Positions 38,320 through 48,515 are shown, numbered from the stretch's first letter. The stretch is 64,000 nucleotides of DNA from a bacterium (GCA_963693055.1 OY843751.1:3330359-3394358); one strand, 5' to 3'. The notes: a model not told the origin generated them from the sequence alone. Made by a program: numbers and translations.

Positions 38320-39432
38320 ATGATTGGGGAAAAGTTGCGTTCCGTTTCAAGAATGAGCATTATATATTTATGTATTCAAACGTTTACAGCAAACGCAAAT
38401 ATTATGGGGTCAATAACTGACAGTAAAACAAACGAGCCCATTTATTTTTCAAACATTTTTCTGGCAAACACCACAATTGGAGCCACATCAGACAAAAATG
38501 GAAACTTTGAAATTCACCACTATCCCCCGGGTGAGTATGAACTTGTAGTGCACCATATTGGATATAAACCCTATAGTCAAATGATACAATTACACAGAAA
38601 CAAAGACATTCACCTGAGCATCATGCTTGATCAAAGAATCATAAAAGGAGATACGGTAACTGTAACTGCTGAAAATCCTAAAGAGTGGAAAAAGTATCTT
38701 GATCATTTTATTAAACACTTTATTGGGAATTCTCCTAATGCCATTCACACCCGGATCCTTAATCCGGAACGAATCGATCTCGAGTTTGATAAAAATACCG
38801 GATACCTCACTGCCAAGTGCGATACATTCATTCAAATCGAAAACAATAACCTGGGTTACGAGCTGGATGTTTTGCTGCTTGATTTTAAATGGTATGATAT
38901 TGATTTGCATGAAAAATTTTATGGCAAGGAGAAAAAGTCAAAACCCATCAGTTATTTTTTAGCTAAACCCTTGTTCAAAGAGCAAGACCCTGAAAATAAA
39001 AAACAACTATTGTATTGGCAAAAAAAACGCCAAGAGACCTACAAGGGATCATTCAGGCACTTTTTGTCTTGTGCAGTAAATGACGATCTGGAGAAAGAAT
39101 CATTTCATATTTCACGAGACGGACTCTCACTCCCTCATGACAGTCTTTATATTACAGACATGGATACATTGGGAAATTTTAAATTAAGTTTTAATGGAAC
39201 AATTACGGTTCATTATACCAACAGAATCCCCCATGAAAAGAATATTATAAAGCTCTATACAGAATGCCTGAAATGTAATGCAAGAGGCAAACAGGTTGCA
39301 TTTGGTCCGCTGGATGTCATAAAAAAAGGTAAATGGGGTCAGGAACGTACAGCGGACTGGCTCCCTTTTGATTATACTCCGGAATATACAATCAATCAAC
39401 TGTTTCTATACAAAGATTTACCTAGCTTTTAA
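38320..39432 (+). CDS. Secreted protein with an N-terminal carboxypeptidase-regulatory-like (CarboxypepD_reg) beta-sandwich domain; function unknown
   Basis: GSITDSKTNEPIYFSNIFLANTTIGATSDKNGNFEI is typical of the CarbopepD_reg_2 fold. An alternative start at the M of MSIIYLCIQTF (about 38353) gives a better signal peptide. Confidence 0.55.
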   Translation: MIGEKLRSVSRMSIIYLCIQTFTANANIMGSITDSKTNEPIYFSNIFLANTTIGATSDKNGNFEIHHYPPGEYELVVHHIGYKPYSQMIQLHRNKDIHLSIMLDQRIIKGDTVTVTAENPKEWKKYLDHFIKHFIGNSPNAIHTRILNPERIDLEFDKNTGYLTAKCDTFIQIENNNLGYELDVLLLDFKWYDIDLHEKFYGKEKKSKPISYFLAKPLFKEQDPENKKQLLYWQKKRQETYKGSFRHFLSCAVNDDLEKESFHISRDGLSLPHDSLYITDMDTLGNFKLSFNGTITVHYTNRIPHEKNIIKLYTECLKCNARGKQVAFGPLDVIKKGKWGQERTADWLPFDYTPEYTINQLFLYKDLPSF

Positions 39433-39501
39433 GCTGGATAAATAATTGATATCAACAATATTTCCATAATTCTAGAAATATGATAACTTGAGGGGTAAAT
39501 T

Positions 39502-41862
39502 ATGAAAAATTTGTACATGGTTACGCTGGTACTGTTAATAACTGTTTTTAGTTTTGGTCAAACAACACCTCCAGATACTTATAATCTGGGATTGGCTATG
39601 GTGCACAATGATTCATTGAATGCAGCAGAGGACCTGTTTGAACAACTCTTAAAGGCTGATAAAAACAGCCCCTGGGGATATTTGGGACTCGGATTGGTTG
39701 AAAAACATAGGGAAAACCGATTACTGGAAGCTCGAAAACATTTTAAAAAAGCAGCCAAACTGAATCCACAGCTGATTCAGGCATGGACCGAATGGGCTGA
39801 TGCTGAAACTAAATTTGAACAATATGGACAAGCGGCCAATGTTCTTAGAGATGCAATACTTGAAAATCCGGATAATATGGATTTGCTTAATCGTTTTGTA
39901 CACTATGTAGAGTGGCAGGATATGCAGAAAAAAGGCCTAAACACGCTGGATAAAATGATAGAAACGGGTCCCCAACCTGACCTCTATCGCTTCAAAAAAG
40001 CTGAATTGTGGTATGGAATGCATGAATTTGAAAAAAGTATGAATATTGTGGACTCTATTGATAAGAACTCGGATTCGTTTTCAGAAACAATGTATTATGC
40101 TTTGCTGGCAAAAAACTGCTTTACAATGAATAAGATTGAAGATGCGCAGGATTATTATTTAACGGCTATAAACCTGATAAGGGATGATAAAGATGCCACA
40201 TACATTCTGGAAGATATTCGCTATATCATGAATAGTAACGAATATAAGGAATATCAAAATTTACCTATTGATAAAAAGGGGGATTTTTTCCACAGATTTT
40301 GGCGGTCACGTGATCCCAATCATGCTACTATTACAAATGAAAGGATACCCGAGCATTTTAACAGAATTGAATATGCCCGCAAACATTATCACGCTTATAG
40401 TACCGACAGGAGAAACGATGTTAACAAGCTGCGGTTAAATCATTCAAGGATACGGTTTGCTGAAATCATAATGGGGCCTGAACTTTTGAGTAAATCAGAT
40501 TATCCTGATGAACTTTTAAACAATATGGATGTAGATGATTGCGGGCTCATTTACATACGCCACGGTGCGCCAGACCAGACAATATACAAAACAGATTATG
40601 CGACAGAGCTGTTTGAGCCCATGGAATTTATTTGGAAATATTACCAAAATATTGACAGAAAAAAAATGATCTTTCATTTTGTACAGTTTGGTAAAAACAC
40701 CGGCGCTATTGTACAATCCCTTCCCTATTCATTTAAAAACACCTGGGAACTGGGAGCAGATTACGCGGAACTGGATCCGGATATAATAAAAAGTGTTTAT
40801 GAATGGAATGAAAAAGTGCCTGCGGGTGGTGGAGGTATTCCACCGGACATTAAAATTCCGGACAATTCATCCATTCGAAAAGCTCAAGATAAACAAAAAA
40901 ATTCCATTGCTGACAGTTCCAGCGGTTTGCATTATCTTACAAGTCGTATTAAAAATTTAATAATCAAAGATATTTCCGTGGGGATGGAAACAGAAACATC
41001 CGGCTATCAATATTCTGAGGATCCGTTGAATTACCCCTATTATTTTGCTCAATTCAAAGGCAGTAATGGGAAAACAATGGTCGATCTTTATTATGCGGTC
41101 AATGGCAAAGATGTAGCGTTGAACCAGTCTGATTCAACCTCATTTATAGATTTGAAGCGATTTATTGGACTATACGATCAACATTGGAATGAGCGGTTTC
41201 GCTATACAATGGATGAAAATATTAATATTTCTATAAATCCAGAAATATGGAAACAATCAAGCATTACAGATATGATGAATCTGGCGCTGCCCCCTGAAAC
41301 ATACGCTTATGAATTACAAATACAGGACAAAAAATCGGGTAAACTGGGGGTCTATCAAAACACAATAAAAGTTGAGAATTTTAATACAAATAAATTACAA
41401 ATGAGTGACATTTTACTTTCCGGGCCTATATCAACAAAGGGTAAGGTTTCAAGATTTAGAAAAGGCGATATATATTTCACTCCACACATGTTTAATGCAT
41501 ATCGTCAAGATGAAAAAATAGGATTGTATTTTGAAATATATAATCTACTATTTAATGATGAAAACCATACAAAATTCAACATAACATGTATACTGGAATC
41601 CAAAGAAAGGTTATTAATGGTGCCAATAAAGGGAAATTTTAAATCTTTGCTTGGATTGTGGGACTCGGGTATAGGTAGTTCTTATGAATATACCGGTCAA
41701 TCACGAGATGACAAAATTTATGTTAATCTTGATTTTCCGGAAATAGAATCTGGTGAATACGACCTTGTAATCACCGTCAGAGATGAAACCAGTCACATTG
41801 CAGTAGAAAAAACCACAGGGGTCGTAGTTCTTTCCTCATCATTTACCCAAAACACAAATTAG
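39502..41862 (+). CDS. Secreted TPR-repeat protein with a GWxTD-like domain
   Basis: Signal peptide MKNLYMVTLVLLITVFSFGQ, followed by TPR-like helical repeats. FWRSRDPNHATITNE...AYSTDRRND...GLIYIRHGAPDQ resembles the GWxTD domain (the W...DP, TDRG-like and G.PD segments). Confidence 0.55.
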   Translation: MKNLYMVTLVLLITVFSFGQTTPPDTYNLGLAMVHNDSLNAAEDLFEQLLKADKNSPWGYLGLGLVEKHRENRLLEARKHFKKAAKLNPQLIQAWTEWADAETKFEQYGQAANVLRDAILENPDNMDLLNRFVHYVEWQDMQKKGLNTLDKMIETGPQPDLYRFKKAELWYGMHEFEKSMNIVDSIDKNSDSFSETMYYALLAKNCFTMNKIEDAQDYYLTAINLIRDDKDATYILEDIRYIMNSNEYKEYQNLPIDKKGDFFHRFWRSRDPNHATITNERIPEHFNRIEYARKHYHAYSTDRRNDVNKLRLNHSRIRFAEIIMGPELLSKSDYPDELLNNMDVDDCGLIYIRHGAPDQTIYKTDYATELFEPMEFIWKYYQNIDRKKMIFHFVQFGKNTGAIVQSLPYSFKNTWELGADYAELDPDIIKSVYEWNEKVPAGGGGIPPDIKIPDNSSIRKAQDKQKNSIADSSSGLHYLTSRIKNLIIKDISVGMETETSGYQYSEDPLNYPYYFAQFKGSNGKTMVDLYYAVNGKDVALNQSDSTSFIDLKRFIGLYDQHWNERFRYTMDENINISINPEIWKQSSITDMMNLALPPETYAYELQIQDKKSGKLGVYQNTIKVENFNTNKLQMSDILLSGPISTKGKVSRFRKGDIYFTPHMFNAYRQDEKIGLYFEIYNLLFNDENHTKFNITCILESKERLLMVPIKGNFKSLLGLWDSGIGSSYEYTGQSRDDKIYVNLDFPEIESGEYDLVITVRDETSHIAVEKTTGVVVLSSSFTQNTN

Positions 41863-41885
41863 TACACTGAGGGGTGGACGCGAAA

Positions 41886-41915
41886 GCACCGGGCTGTTGG
41901 CCCGGTGCTTTTTTT
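41886..41915 (+). terminator. Rho-independent terminator after the TPR/GWxTD gene
   Basis: GCACCGGGC-TGTTG-GCCCGGTGC (9-bp GC stem) followed by T7. Confidence 0.8.
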
Positions 41916-42138
41916 AAATCGTATTTATTCTGCAAAATTTTCAAGATAGCAGAACATGGAAAAAAACAGATTGTTTTTTAAAAACAAATTATTAATTTAT
42001 GTAGTGTATGAATGTATTCTAATATTCTGCTCAGTTAATTATAAACTTTTTGAATATTTATAGCAGTATATTAAATCCATATTGTACTTTCAGCTTGTTT
42101 AAAGCACCATAAAAACATAATAATTACGGAGGAATTTT

Positions 42139-43581
42139 ATGGCTGAAGAAAAAAAGGATATCACACGTCGTGAATTCGGCAAAACCACACTTAAAACTGC
42201 AACAGCTGTAACTGCGGCAAGTGCCATTACCGGCCCGTTCTTTTCAGGCAAGGTATTGGGCGCAAATGACCAGGTCAATATTGCGCATATCGGTATCCGC
42301 GGCCAGGGTGGTTCTCACATCAATGGTTTTGGAAAAATACCAGGTGTTAAAATTAAAACAATCTGTGACATTGATGAAAACCTGTTTCCAAGACGCGTTA
42401 ACGAAATTAACGAAAAATTCGGTTATAAACCCTCGACCGAATGGGACATGCGTAAAGTTTTTGAAGACAAAGATATTGACGCAGTAACCTTTGCTATACC
42501 GAATCACTGGCACGCACTTGCAACAATCTGGGCTGCTCAAGCCGGCAAGAATGTTTATGTTGAAAAACCTTCAACACATTCTGTTTGGGAAGGTCGCCAG
42601 ATGGTACATGCAGCCCGTGCAAATAAAGTACTTGTACAGGTTGGTTTCCAAAACCGTTCACGCAAAAACACCATGGCTGCAATGAAATTTCTGCATGAAG
42701 GCGGAATCGGTAAAGTATACATGGGACGCGGTATGTGCTTTAAACCGCGTTGGGATATTGGCCGCTATCCCGATGGTCCCATGCAACCCGGTGAAAAAAA
42801 TTACCTGAGAACCAACAAAACCGGTGAAATGCCGACATATGATGCAAAATACCTGGAAAAAGTCCATTATGATATGTGGATTGGACCTGCCCGTAAACGT
42901 GCATTCAACCGCAATCGTTTCCATTACAACTGGCACTGGCAGTTTGAATATGGCAATGGAGACACCGGCAACCAGGGACCACACCAGTTTGACGTAGGCC
43001 GTTGGGGTATTAACAAAGATGAATACCCGGTAAGAGTAAGTTCTTTGGGTAACTTGTATCTGTTTGGTGATTCTCAACAAGATACTCCAAACACCCAAAC
43101 TACTATTTTTGAATACACTGATGGAACAATATTCGAATTTGCTACCCGCGGATTGTTTACCAACCCCGATGGTGAAATAAGAATCGGAAATGTATTCTAT
43201 GGCAGCGAAGGCTGGTTGGAAATTGATGCAAACGGCAACTGGAAAACCTTTTTTGGTTACAAAGGTGAACCCGGCCCGAACTCTGACAACATCGATTCCG
43301 AAAAAGCAGACGCATTGAACACCGTTGGTACCGGTGTTGGCGGTCATTATGGTAACTTTATTGGCGCTGTTCGTTCCGGAAAACAGACTGACCTGACTTG
43401 TGATATTGAAGTTGGTCACCGTTCAAGCGTTCTACCTGCATTGGGTAACATCTCTTACCTCGTTGGCAGAGAATTGGAATTTGACGGTCGTAACGAAACT
43501 TTTGTAGACGATGCTGAAGCAAACGCATTGCTGAAACGCGAAAATTATCGCGCACCTTATGTAGTGCCTGATCTGAGCTAA
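42139..43581 (+). CDS. TAT-secreted Gfo/Idh/MocA-family NAD(P)-dependent oxidoreductase
   Basis: A CGGAGGAA RBS precedes the twin-arginine signal TRREFGKTTLKTATAVTAASA. The Rossmann region reads IAHIGIRGQGGSH, and the family EKP motif reads NVYVEKP. Confidence 0.88.
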   Translation: MAEEKKDITRREFGKTTLKTATAVTAASAITGPFFSGKVLGANDQVNIAHIGIRGQGGSHINGFGKIPGVKIKTICDIDENLFPRRVNEINEKFGYKPSTEWDMRKVFEDKDIDAVTFAIPNHWHALATIWAAQAGKNVYVEKPSTHSVWEGRQMVHAARANKVLVQVGFQNRSRKNTMAAMKFLHEGGIGKVYMGRGMCFKPRWDIGRYPDGPMQPGEKNYLRTNKTGEMPTYDAKYLEKVHYDMWIGPARKRAFNRNRFHYNWHWQFEYGNGDTGNQGPHQFDVGRWGINKDEYPVRVSSLGNLYLFGDSQQDTPNTQTTIFEYTDGTIFEFATRGLFTNPDGEIRIGNVFYGSEGWLEIDANGNWKTFFGYKGEPGPNSDNIDSEKADALNTVGTGVGGHYGNFIGAVRSGKQTDLTCDIEVGHRSSVLPALGNISYLVGRELEFDGRNETFVDDAEANALLKRENYRAPYVVPDLS

Positions 43582-43602
43582 GCATAGTTAACATAGCTTT
43601 AT

Positions 43603-43641
43603 AAAAAAAACGCCATGCAATTCAATTGTATGGCGTTTTTT
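43603..43641. terminator. Bidirectional terminator separating the oxidoreductase gene from the low-GC island
   Basis: A8-CGCCAT-(loop)-ATGGCG-T6, followed by T4. Confidence 0.65.
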
Positions 43642-43724
43642 GTTTTGTAATGTACGCAAAAAATTAGTAAATAAAAAAATTATAAAACATTGAAATTTTT
43701 CATATAATTCATTTGGCAATAGTA

Positions 43725-44501
43725 TTAAAAATTAATTACATTTTTCGATTGTATTTTTTTTGAATACTCAATAGAAGAAATTATATCATTTTCAGTTAAA
43801 ACTTTATCATACTTTTCATATTTCCTTTTCATATCATTTAACCTAATTAATGCATTTCCAAATTTATCATTTAAAAAACCAATTCGACTTATAATATAAT
43901 TATTACAATTTTCATCAAAATTAACATTATAAACTTTTCTTATATAAAAAGCTTTTAAAATGTTTGCTTCAATAGTAGGATTAAGTGATTTATACTTATC
44001 ATTTTTCTGAATAATATCAAGTTGATTATATTTTAAAAAATTTAAAAAATTTTTTATATTCATCTTTTTTGAATGTATATTGATAACTAATGAATCATAA
44101 TTATAAAAACAGCCATTTGCTATACTTTCTAAAATATTATCATCATTTTTAACTACAAGTTTATTATTAAAAGCCCAATTATTTTCAATACACCACGTAT
44201 CAATTTCATAATTATCAAGTAAAATTTTTATACCATTCATCCTATTTATTTTATAGTTCAAATTTGTATTTGTTAATAATTCTTTTACTCGTGTTGTAGG
44301 TAAACCAATTATTATATCTAGATCTCTTGTTTCCTTATCAAGTATTATATCACGTAAAAAACCCCCTACAACATAGGCTGTACCATATGCGAATATTTCA
44401 TAAAAGAAATCTTTAACTTTTAAATTTCTATTTAATAATGTTGAAAATTTTATTATAAATTTTTTCCGTATGCTGTTGTAATCAATTTCATCATAATGCA
44501 T
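43725..44501 (-). CDS. Minimal pol-beta superfamily nucleotidyltransferase with a CCA-adding/poly(A)-polymerase head motif only
   Basis: YVVGGFLRDIILDKETRDLDIIIG matches the class II CCA/PAP head (GGxVRDxLLx5DxD). No RRD motif or body/anticodon domain is recognisable. Its ATG at 44499-44501 directly abuts the TAA of the upstream dGTPase gene. GC is about 22%. Confidence 0.6.
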   Translation of the reverse strand: MHYDEIDYNSIRKKFIIKFSTLLNRNLKVKDFFYEIFAYGTAYVVGGFLRDIILDKETRDLDIIIGLPTTRVKELLTNTNLNYKINRMNGIKILLDNYEIDTWCIENNWAFNNKLVVKNDDNILESIANGCFYNYDSLVINIHSKKMNIKNFLNFLKYNQLDIIQKNDKYKSLNPTIEANILKAFYIRKVYNVNFDENCNNYIISRIGFLNDKFGNALIRLNDMKRKYEKYDKVLTENDIISSIEYSKKIQSKNVINF

Positions 44502-45872
44502 TTATATTCTTATACCTTTCAATTTTTGAAATAATGAAATAGCATATGAATCAGTCATACCTACTATAAAATCTAAAACCAATTGAATCTTATTATATTT
44601 TATGTTATTGTAATAATTTTTACTATAACATTCATAGATATGTCTATAGCTAGAAGATATGCATTTATACAGCCTACTTTCTTTATTATTATTCTTCGTA
44701 TCAAAATCATCAGATAAAATCCCTGCTACAAAAATATCAAGAAGACCACAAATAGCCTCAGAACCTGCTAACTCAGTTTGCATTATTTTTTTATTATCAA
44801 ACACAATATTTTGTAATTTTTTAAATGATTTTCTTATATCAGATGCTTCTGAAACATTTATAATTTCATCGTTCAAACTACCGCTCATGATGCTTTCATA
44901 ATTTTGTTTAAATGCTTGAATTACGTGACCAATCATTTTTGATTGAGCTTTCACACGAAATTTTTGAATTACTAAATTAATTTTATCATTACCATCAACT
45001 TTAATTTTTTTATATAATTCTTCTAGTTCATCATTTAACTCAATATTTGTTTGTAAATTTTCTTTAAATATATCAATAATATCATTATAACATATTATTC
45101 CAAGTTTTACACCATCTTCAATATCAGCAGCACAATAAGCAATATCATCAGCGGCTTCTAATAAATAAACAACAGGATGCCTTTGATTATTTAATTTAAG
45201 CTTATCATTAATTCTTTTATATGCCTCTTGCTCTGAAGCAAAATATCCAAATTTTTTCTTTCGAATTTCAATAGAATTTTTCCCATTATTACCTTCAATT
45301 GAACTAGAGGGATATTTTATTATAGATGCTAAAGATGGAAAAGTTAAATTAAAACTAAACTCATCACCAAAATAATGCAATTTTCTCAAAATTCTAAAAG
45401 TTTGGACATTACCATCAAAATTTTTAAAATCTTCTTTTTCTTGATTATTAAGATCATTGAAAATGTCAGTTTCGAATTTTTTTATAAAAAATTGTTGAAT
45501 TGCTGTTTCACCAAAATGTCCAAATGGTGGATTACCTAAATCATGCACTAAGCCTGATAATTTTAGTAGAGAGCTTATATGCCCCCTAAATATTTCATCT
45601 AAATATTTATTATCAATTAAAAACTTTTCTATACTTAAACCAATCGAACTCGCAATATAAGAGACTTCTAACGAATGAGTCAGTCGAGTTCTTATAAAAT
45701 CACTTTTCTCTAATGGAAAAACTTGTGTCTTATCCTGCAAACGCCTGATTGAAGAACTGGAAATCAATCTTCCATAATCATTTTCAAATGGATTACGACC
45801 ATCATATTCCGATTTTTGTGATTTTTTACGGAATGTTTCTGGTGTTAAAAGCTCATCCCATCTTTTCTTCAT
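44502..45872 (-). CDS. dGTP triphosphohydrolase (Dgt) family HD-domain dNTPase
   Basis: All Dgt hallmark motifs are present: RTRLTHSLEVSYIASSIG, HDLGNPPFGH, AADDIAYCAADIEDG and FIVGMTDSYAISLF. An AAAGAG RBS precedes it and GC is about 24%. Confidence 0.85.
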   Translation of the reverse strand: MKKRWDELLTPETFRKKSQKSEYDGRNPFENDYGRLISSSSIRRLQDKTQVFPLEKSDFIRTRLTHSLEVSYIASSIGLSIEKFLIDNKYLDEIFRGHISSLLKLSGLVHDLGNPPFGHFGETAIQQFFIKKFETDIFNDLNNQEKEDFKNFDGNVQTFRILRKLHYFGDEFSFNLTFPSLASIIKYPSSSIEGNNGKNSIEIRKKKFGYFASEQEAYKRINDKLKLNNQRHPVVYLLEAADDIAYCAADIEDGVKLGIICYNDIIDIFKENLQTNIELNDELEELYKKIKVDGNDKINLVIQKFRVKAQSKMIGHVIQAFKQNYESIMSGSLNDEIINVSEASDIRKSFKKLQNIVFDNKKIMQTELAGSEAICGLLDIFVAGILSDDFDTKNNNKESRLYKCISSSYRHIYECYSKNYYNNIKYNKIQLVLDFIVGMTDSYAISLFQKLKGIRI

Positions 45873-46056
45873 AGTATAAACTCTTTCTAATCATTTATGA
45901 TTATAATTTTTTTAGATGTAATTTAGTAAATATAATAACTATTTATTAATGAAAACAATATATAATTATGATGTCTAATATACAAAAATTAGAAATAAGA
46001 TTATGCTGTCAATTTATAACATTTGATGTATTCATTATATTAATAATTATTATAAG

Positions 46057-46119
46057 CCCCTTTATCCCCTTTATCCCCTTTATCCCCTTTATCCCCTTTA
46101 TCCCCTTTATCCCCTTTAT
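46057..46119. repeat. Perfect microsatellite (CCCCTTTAT)x7
   Basis: Seven uninterrupted 9-bp units lie in the AT-rich spacer about 185 bp upstream of the dGTPase ATG. On the island coding strand this reads (ATAAAGGGG)7, that is G4 tracts spaced by 5 nt. Confidence 0.95.
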
Positions 46120-46349
46120 AATTTGAATAATTAATAGATTTCAGACAAAATATGCAAGAAATAATTGGTTTATTATCCATTTTCAAAAAATAATTTTATA
46201 AAGAAAATTTTCAAATTAATATTTACTAAATATATCAGTGTGAGAATTGTTTAAAAATTACCAACCCGATAAACGATGAGTAAAATGTCCTTGCAACAAT
46301 ATGCAATTTATTGCCCGGCACTTGATAAGTTACCGGGCAAGTATCACTA

Positions 46350-48515
46350 TTACCTTATCACATGATAATATTTTGCCATCCAATAAGGCAGCAGGTATTC
46401 ATCACCGGCGAGACGAGACATTCCCCCACCACCGGAATCAATACTAAAGGCGTTTGAATTGTGGCGGTTCATGGGACGTTCATTGGGTGATAATACCTCA
46501 GAAATTCTTTGACGTCGGAAATTTTTAGGTAAATATTCCAGGTCTTTACGATTCGAATTTTTGATGGTATAGCGGTTCATATCAATAGGATACTCTTTTA
46601 AATGCCAGATAACAGAATCAAAATCCATTACGCCAACTGATGCGTATGGCAATACATTCCACAATGCACTTTTTTCGGGACGTTCAAGTTCCCAGTGATC
46701 AATAATAGCTTCTTTATATACATCCCGTAATTCCTGGGTAAATGCATATTTATAAGATACATAATAGGTTAAAAACGCCATTTCATCATCAGAGTGGTTC
46801 CAGGAATCGCCCATGGTAAATGCATGGTCACGCCATCTATAAACAAAGGTGGTATCTTCTTTAATCTCTTTCATACTGATCTTCATGTTCTCAAGATAGC
46901 CGTAATCATCCATCATGCGGTAGGCTTCAGTCTTGAAAATCTCTTTACCCGTCAAAGCATAGGCAAGCTGCAGCCCGGCAATGAGATGCGTACTGTTTAA
47001 GCGCCTGTCAAAAATATGACGGGGATACGCGTTAACAAACTCGGGATTCCAACGTCCCCACAAGGTGGGTTCTCCATCAATATCCACAAAATAATAATCA
47101 TTTTCAATAATATGAGTCATTATCGCATCGATAAAGTTTGCAATGCGTTCATGTTCTTCCGGGGTTTTGGCAACAAATTCGTCCATGACGGTGGTAACAT
47201 AGAGATAAGCAATATACTCATCGGTACTGGTGTGTCCCTTCCATTCCCAATCCGCTTCAGGAGACTGGCGCCAGCGATCAATGTCAGACATTTTGAATCC
47301 CTTACGTTCAAACGTACGGGACGGAAATCCTTTTAATTGATTGATTGAAAGCAGTCTCTCAAATGTTTCAAAAGATTCCCAGGCATAACGGCGTGCACTT
47401 TCGTCACCGGTTACCGCGTATTTGTAACACAGACTGCCAAGGTAAAAAGTGGTCCACAAGCCATCGTTGTCTGTATCAACAGTAACAGCGGTTGTTAAAT
47501 CACCGGCTTTTTTATAATGCAAAGGACGTGTAAAGCCATAGCTGATGTGATATTGCCTTAAATCTCTTTCAATTTCAGCAGTCTTTTCTGCAAGGGTCAT
47601 ATTGCGATAGTGGATTTTGTTCAAACCGGTTGGCGATAAAACATATACATCTCCCCTGCTGTCTGTAGCCAGATCCACAACTGTATCATTATCCAGCCAG
47701 CGTTTGGATGCGTAATAACGATATTTTTCACCATTGGGAGTAAATGCACCGGCATCAGAACCAAACCACAATTCGCAGCCTTTTGTCATCATGGCTGTAA
47801 TTGCAGGTACGGGTAATTTGGCATCAAGTTCTTTTGTGACAGATCCGGTTTCGCTATTAATTTTTAAATATCCGTTTGTTGTACCCAAAGCAATTTCATC
47901 TTTAACAAAAGCCGCAGCAGTCAAGTTTTTACCTGAATAAACCGTTTCCCATTTTTTATCATCAAGACGGTATAGATTGCTCTTTGTTAACAGATAAAAT
48001 TGAGTTTTGTGCACATACAGGTTTAAACACTCGCCTTTAGGAACATCAACATCACTGATTTTTATCTTGTTATGATACAGGGCAGCATTCTTTTCTCCCA
48101 CCAGCAAAATCTCATCATTGCTGTTCATAGCAATATGATCATAGCTGCCTTTATCAAAATGCGCGTATATGGCTCCGGCATGGGCATTGGTCAGGAACTG
48201 ATCGTTATAGAGATAATAGAGATATCCAGTACCCTCTTGCACCGTAACATCCACAGGCTGCAAATCAGATAAAGATCTGTAAAGTAAATCTTTTGCTAAT
48301 ACATCCTCAAATACTCGCCACAACCCATGATTTGTCTGCACATAAACAATGTCATTATAATCAACAACCACTTTGAGTAATTGCAAATCAGATGGGGCAT
48401 TCTGTGTCTGGTATTTTACCGATACCGGAAAATCATAAGGCTTGTCCACATATTGCGCAAAAGCAAAACTGGATAATAAAATACCGGTCAAAAGAATGAG
48501 TACTATTTTTTTCAT
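46350..48515 (-). CDS. Secreted two-domain protein (N-terminal beta-rich region, C-terminal helical region); putative glycan-active enzyme, function unknown
   Basis: Signal peptide MKKIVLILLTGILLSSFAFAQ, then a 721-aa ORF with no confidently recognised catalytic motif. Confidence 0.6.
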   Translation of the reverse strand: MKKIVLILLTGILLSSFAFAQYVDKPYDFPVSVKYQTQNAPSDLQLLKVVVDYNDIVYVQTNHGLWRVFEDVLAKDLLYRSLSDLQPVDVTVQEGTGYLYYLYNDQFLTNAHAGAIYAHFDKGSYDHIAMNSNDEILLVGEKNAALYHNKIKISDVDVPKGECLNLYVHKTQFYLLTKSNLYRLDDKKWETVYSGKNLTAAAFVKDEIALGTTNGYLKINSETGSVTKELDAKLPVPAITAMMTKGCELWFGSDAGAFTPNGEKYRYYASKRWLDNDTVVDLATDSRGDVYVLSPTGLNKIHYRNMTLAEKTAEIERDLRQYHISYGFTRPLHYKKAGDLTTAVTVDTDNDGLWTTFYLGSLCYKYAVTGDESARRYAWESFETFERLLSINQLKGFPSRTFERKGFKMSDIDRWRQSPEADWEWKGHTSTDEYIAYLYVTTVMDEFVAKTPEEHERIANFIDAIMTHIIENDYYFVDIDGEPTLWGRWNPEFVNAYPRHIFDRRLNSTHLIAGLQLAYALTGKEIFKTEAYRMMDDYGYLENMKISMKEIKEDTTFVYRWRDHAFTMGDSWNHSDDEMAFLTYYVSYKYAFTQELRDVYKEAIIDHWELERPEKSALWNVLPYASVGVMDFDSVIWHLKEYPIDMNRYTIKNSNRKDLEYLPKNFRRQRISEVLSPNERPMNRHNSNAFSIDSGGGGMSRLAGDEYLLPYWMAKYYHVIR

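Noticed and set aside
42507-42522. A sigma-54 -24/-12-like element, TGGCAC-GCAC-TTGCA, was noticed.
   Set aside because: The spacing is one nucleotide short of the TGGCAC-N5-TTGC consensus, and the site lies inside the Gfo/Idh/MocA coding sequence (the NHWHALATIW codons). It is most likely a coincidence.
43725-45872. The dGTPase and NTase were considered as a split housekeeping CCA-adding enzyme (head plus HD, as in E. coli Cca).
   Set aside because: The HD protein is 456 aa and carries the Dgt-specific motif set (HSLEV / HDLGNPPFGH / DDIAY..EDG / GMTD), not the short Cca-type HD domain. The NTase lacks the RRD and body motifs. The possibility is kept open as an alternative under the main finding.
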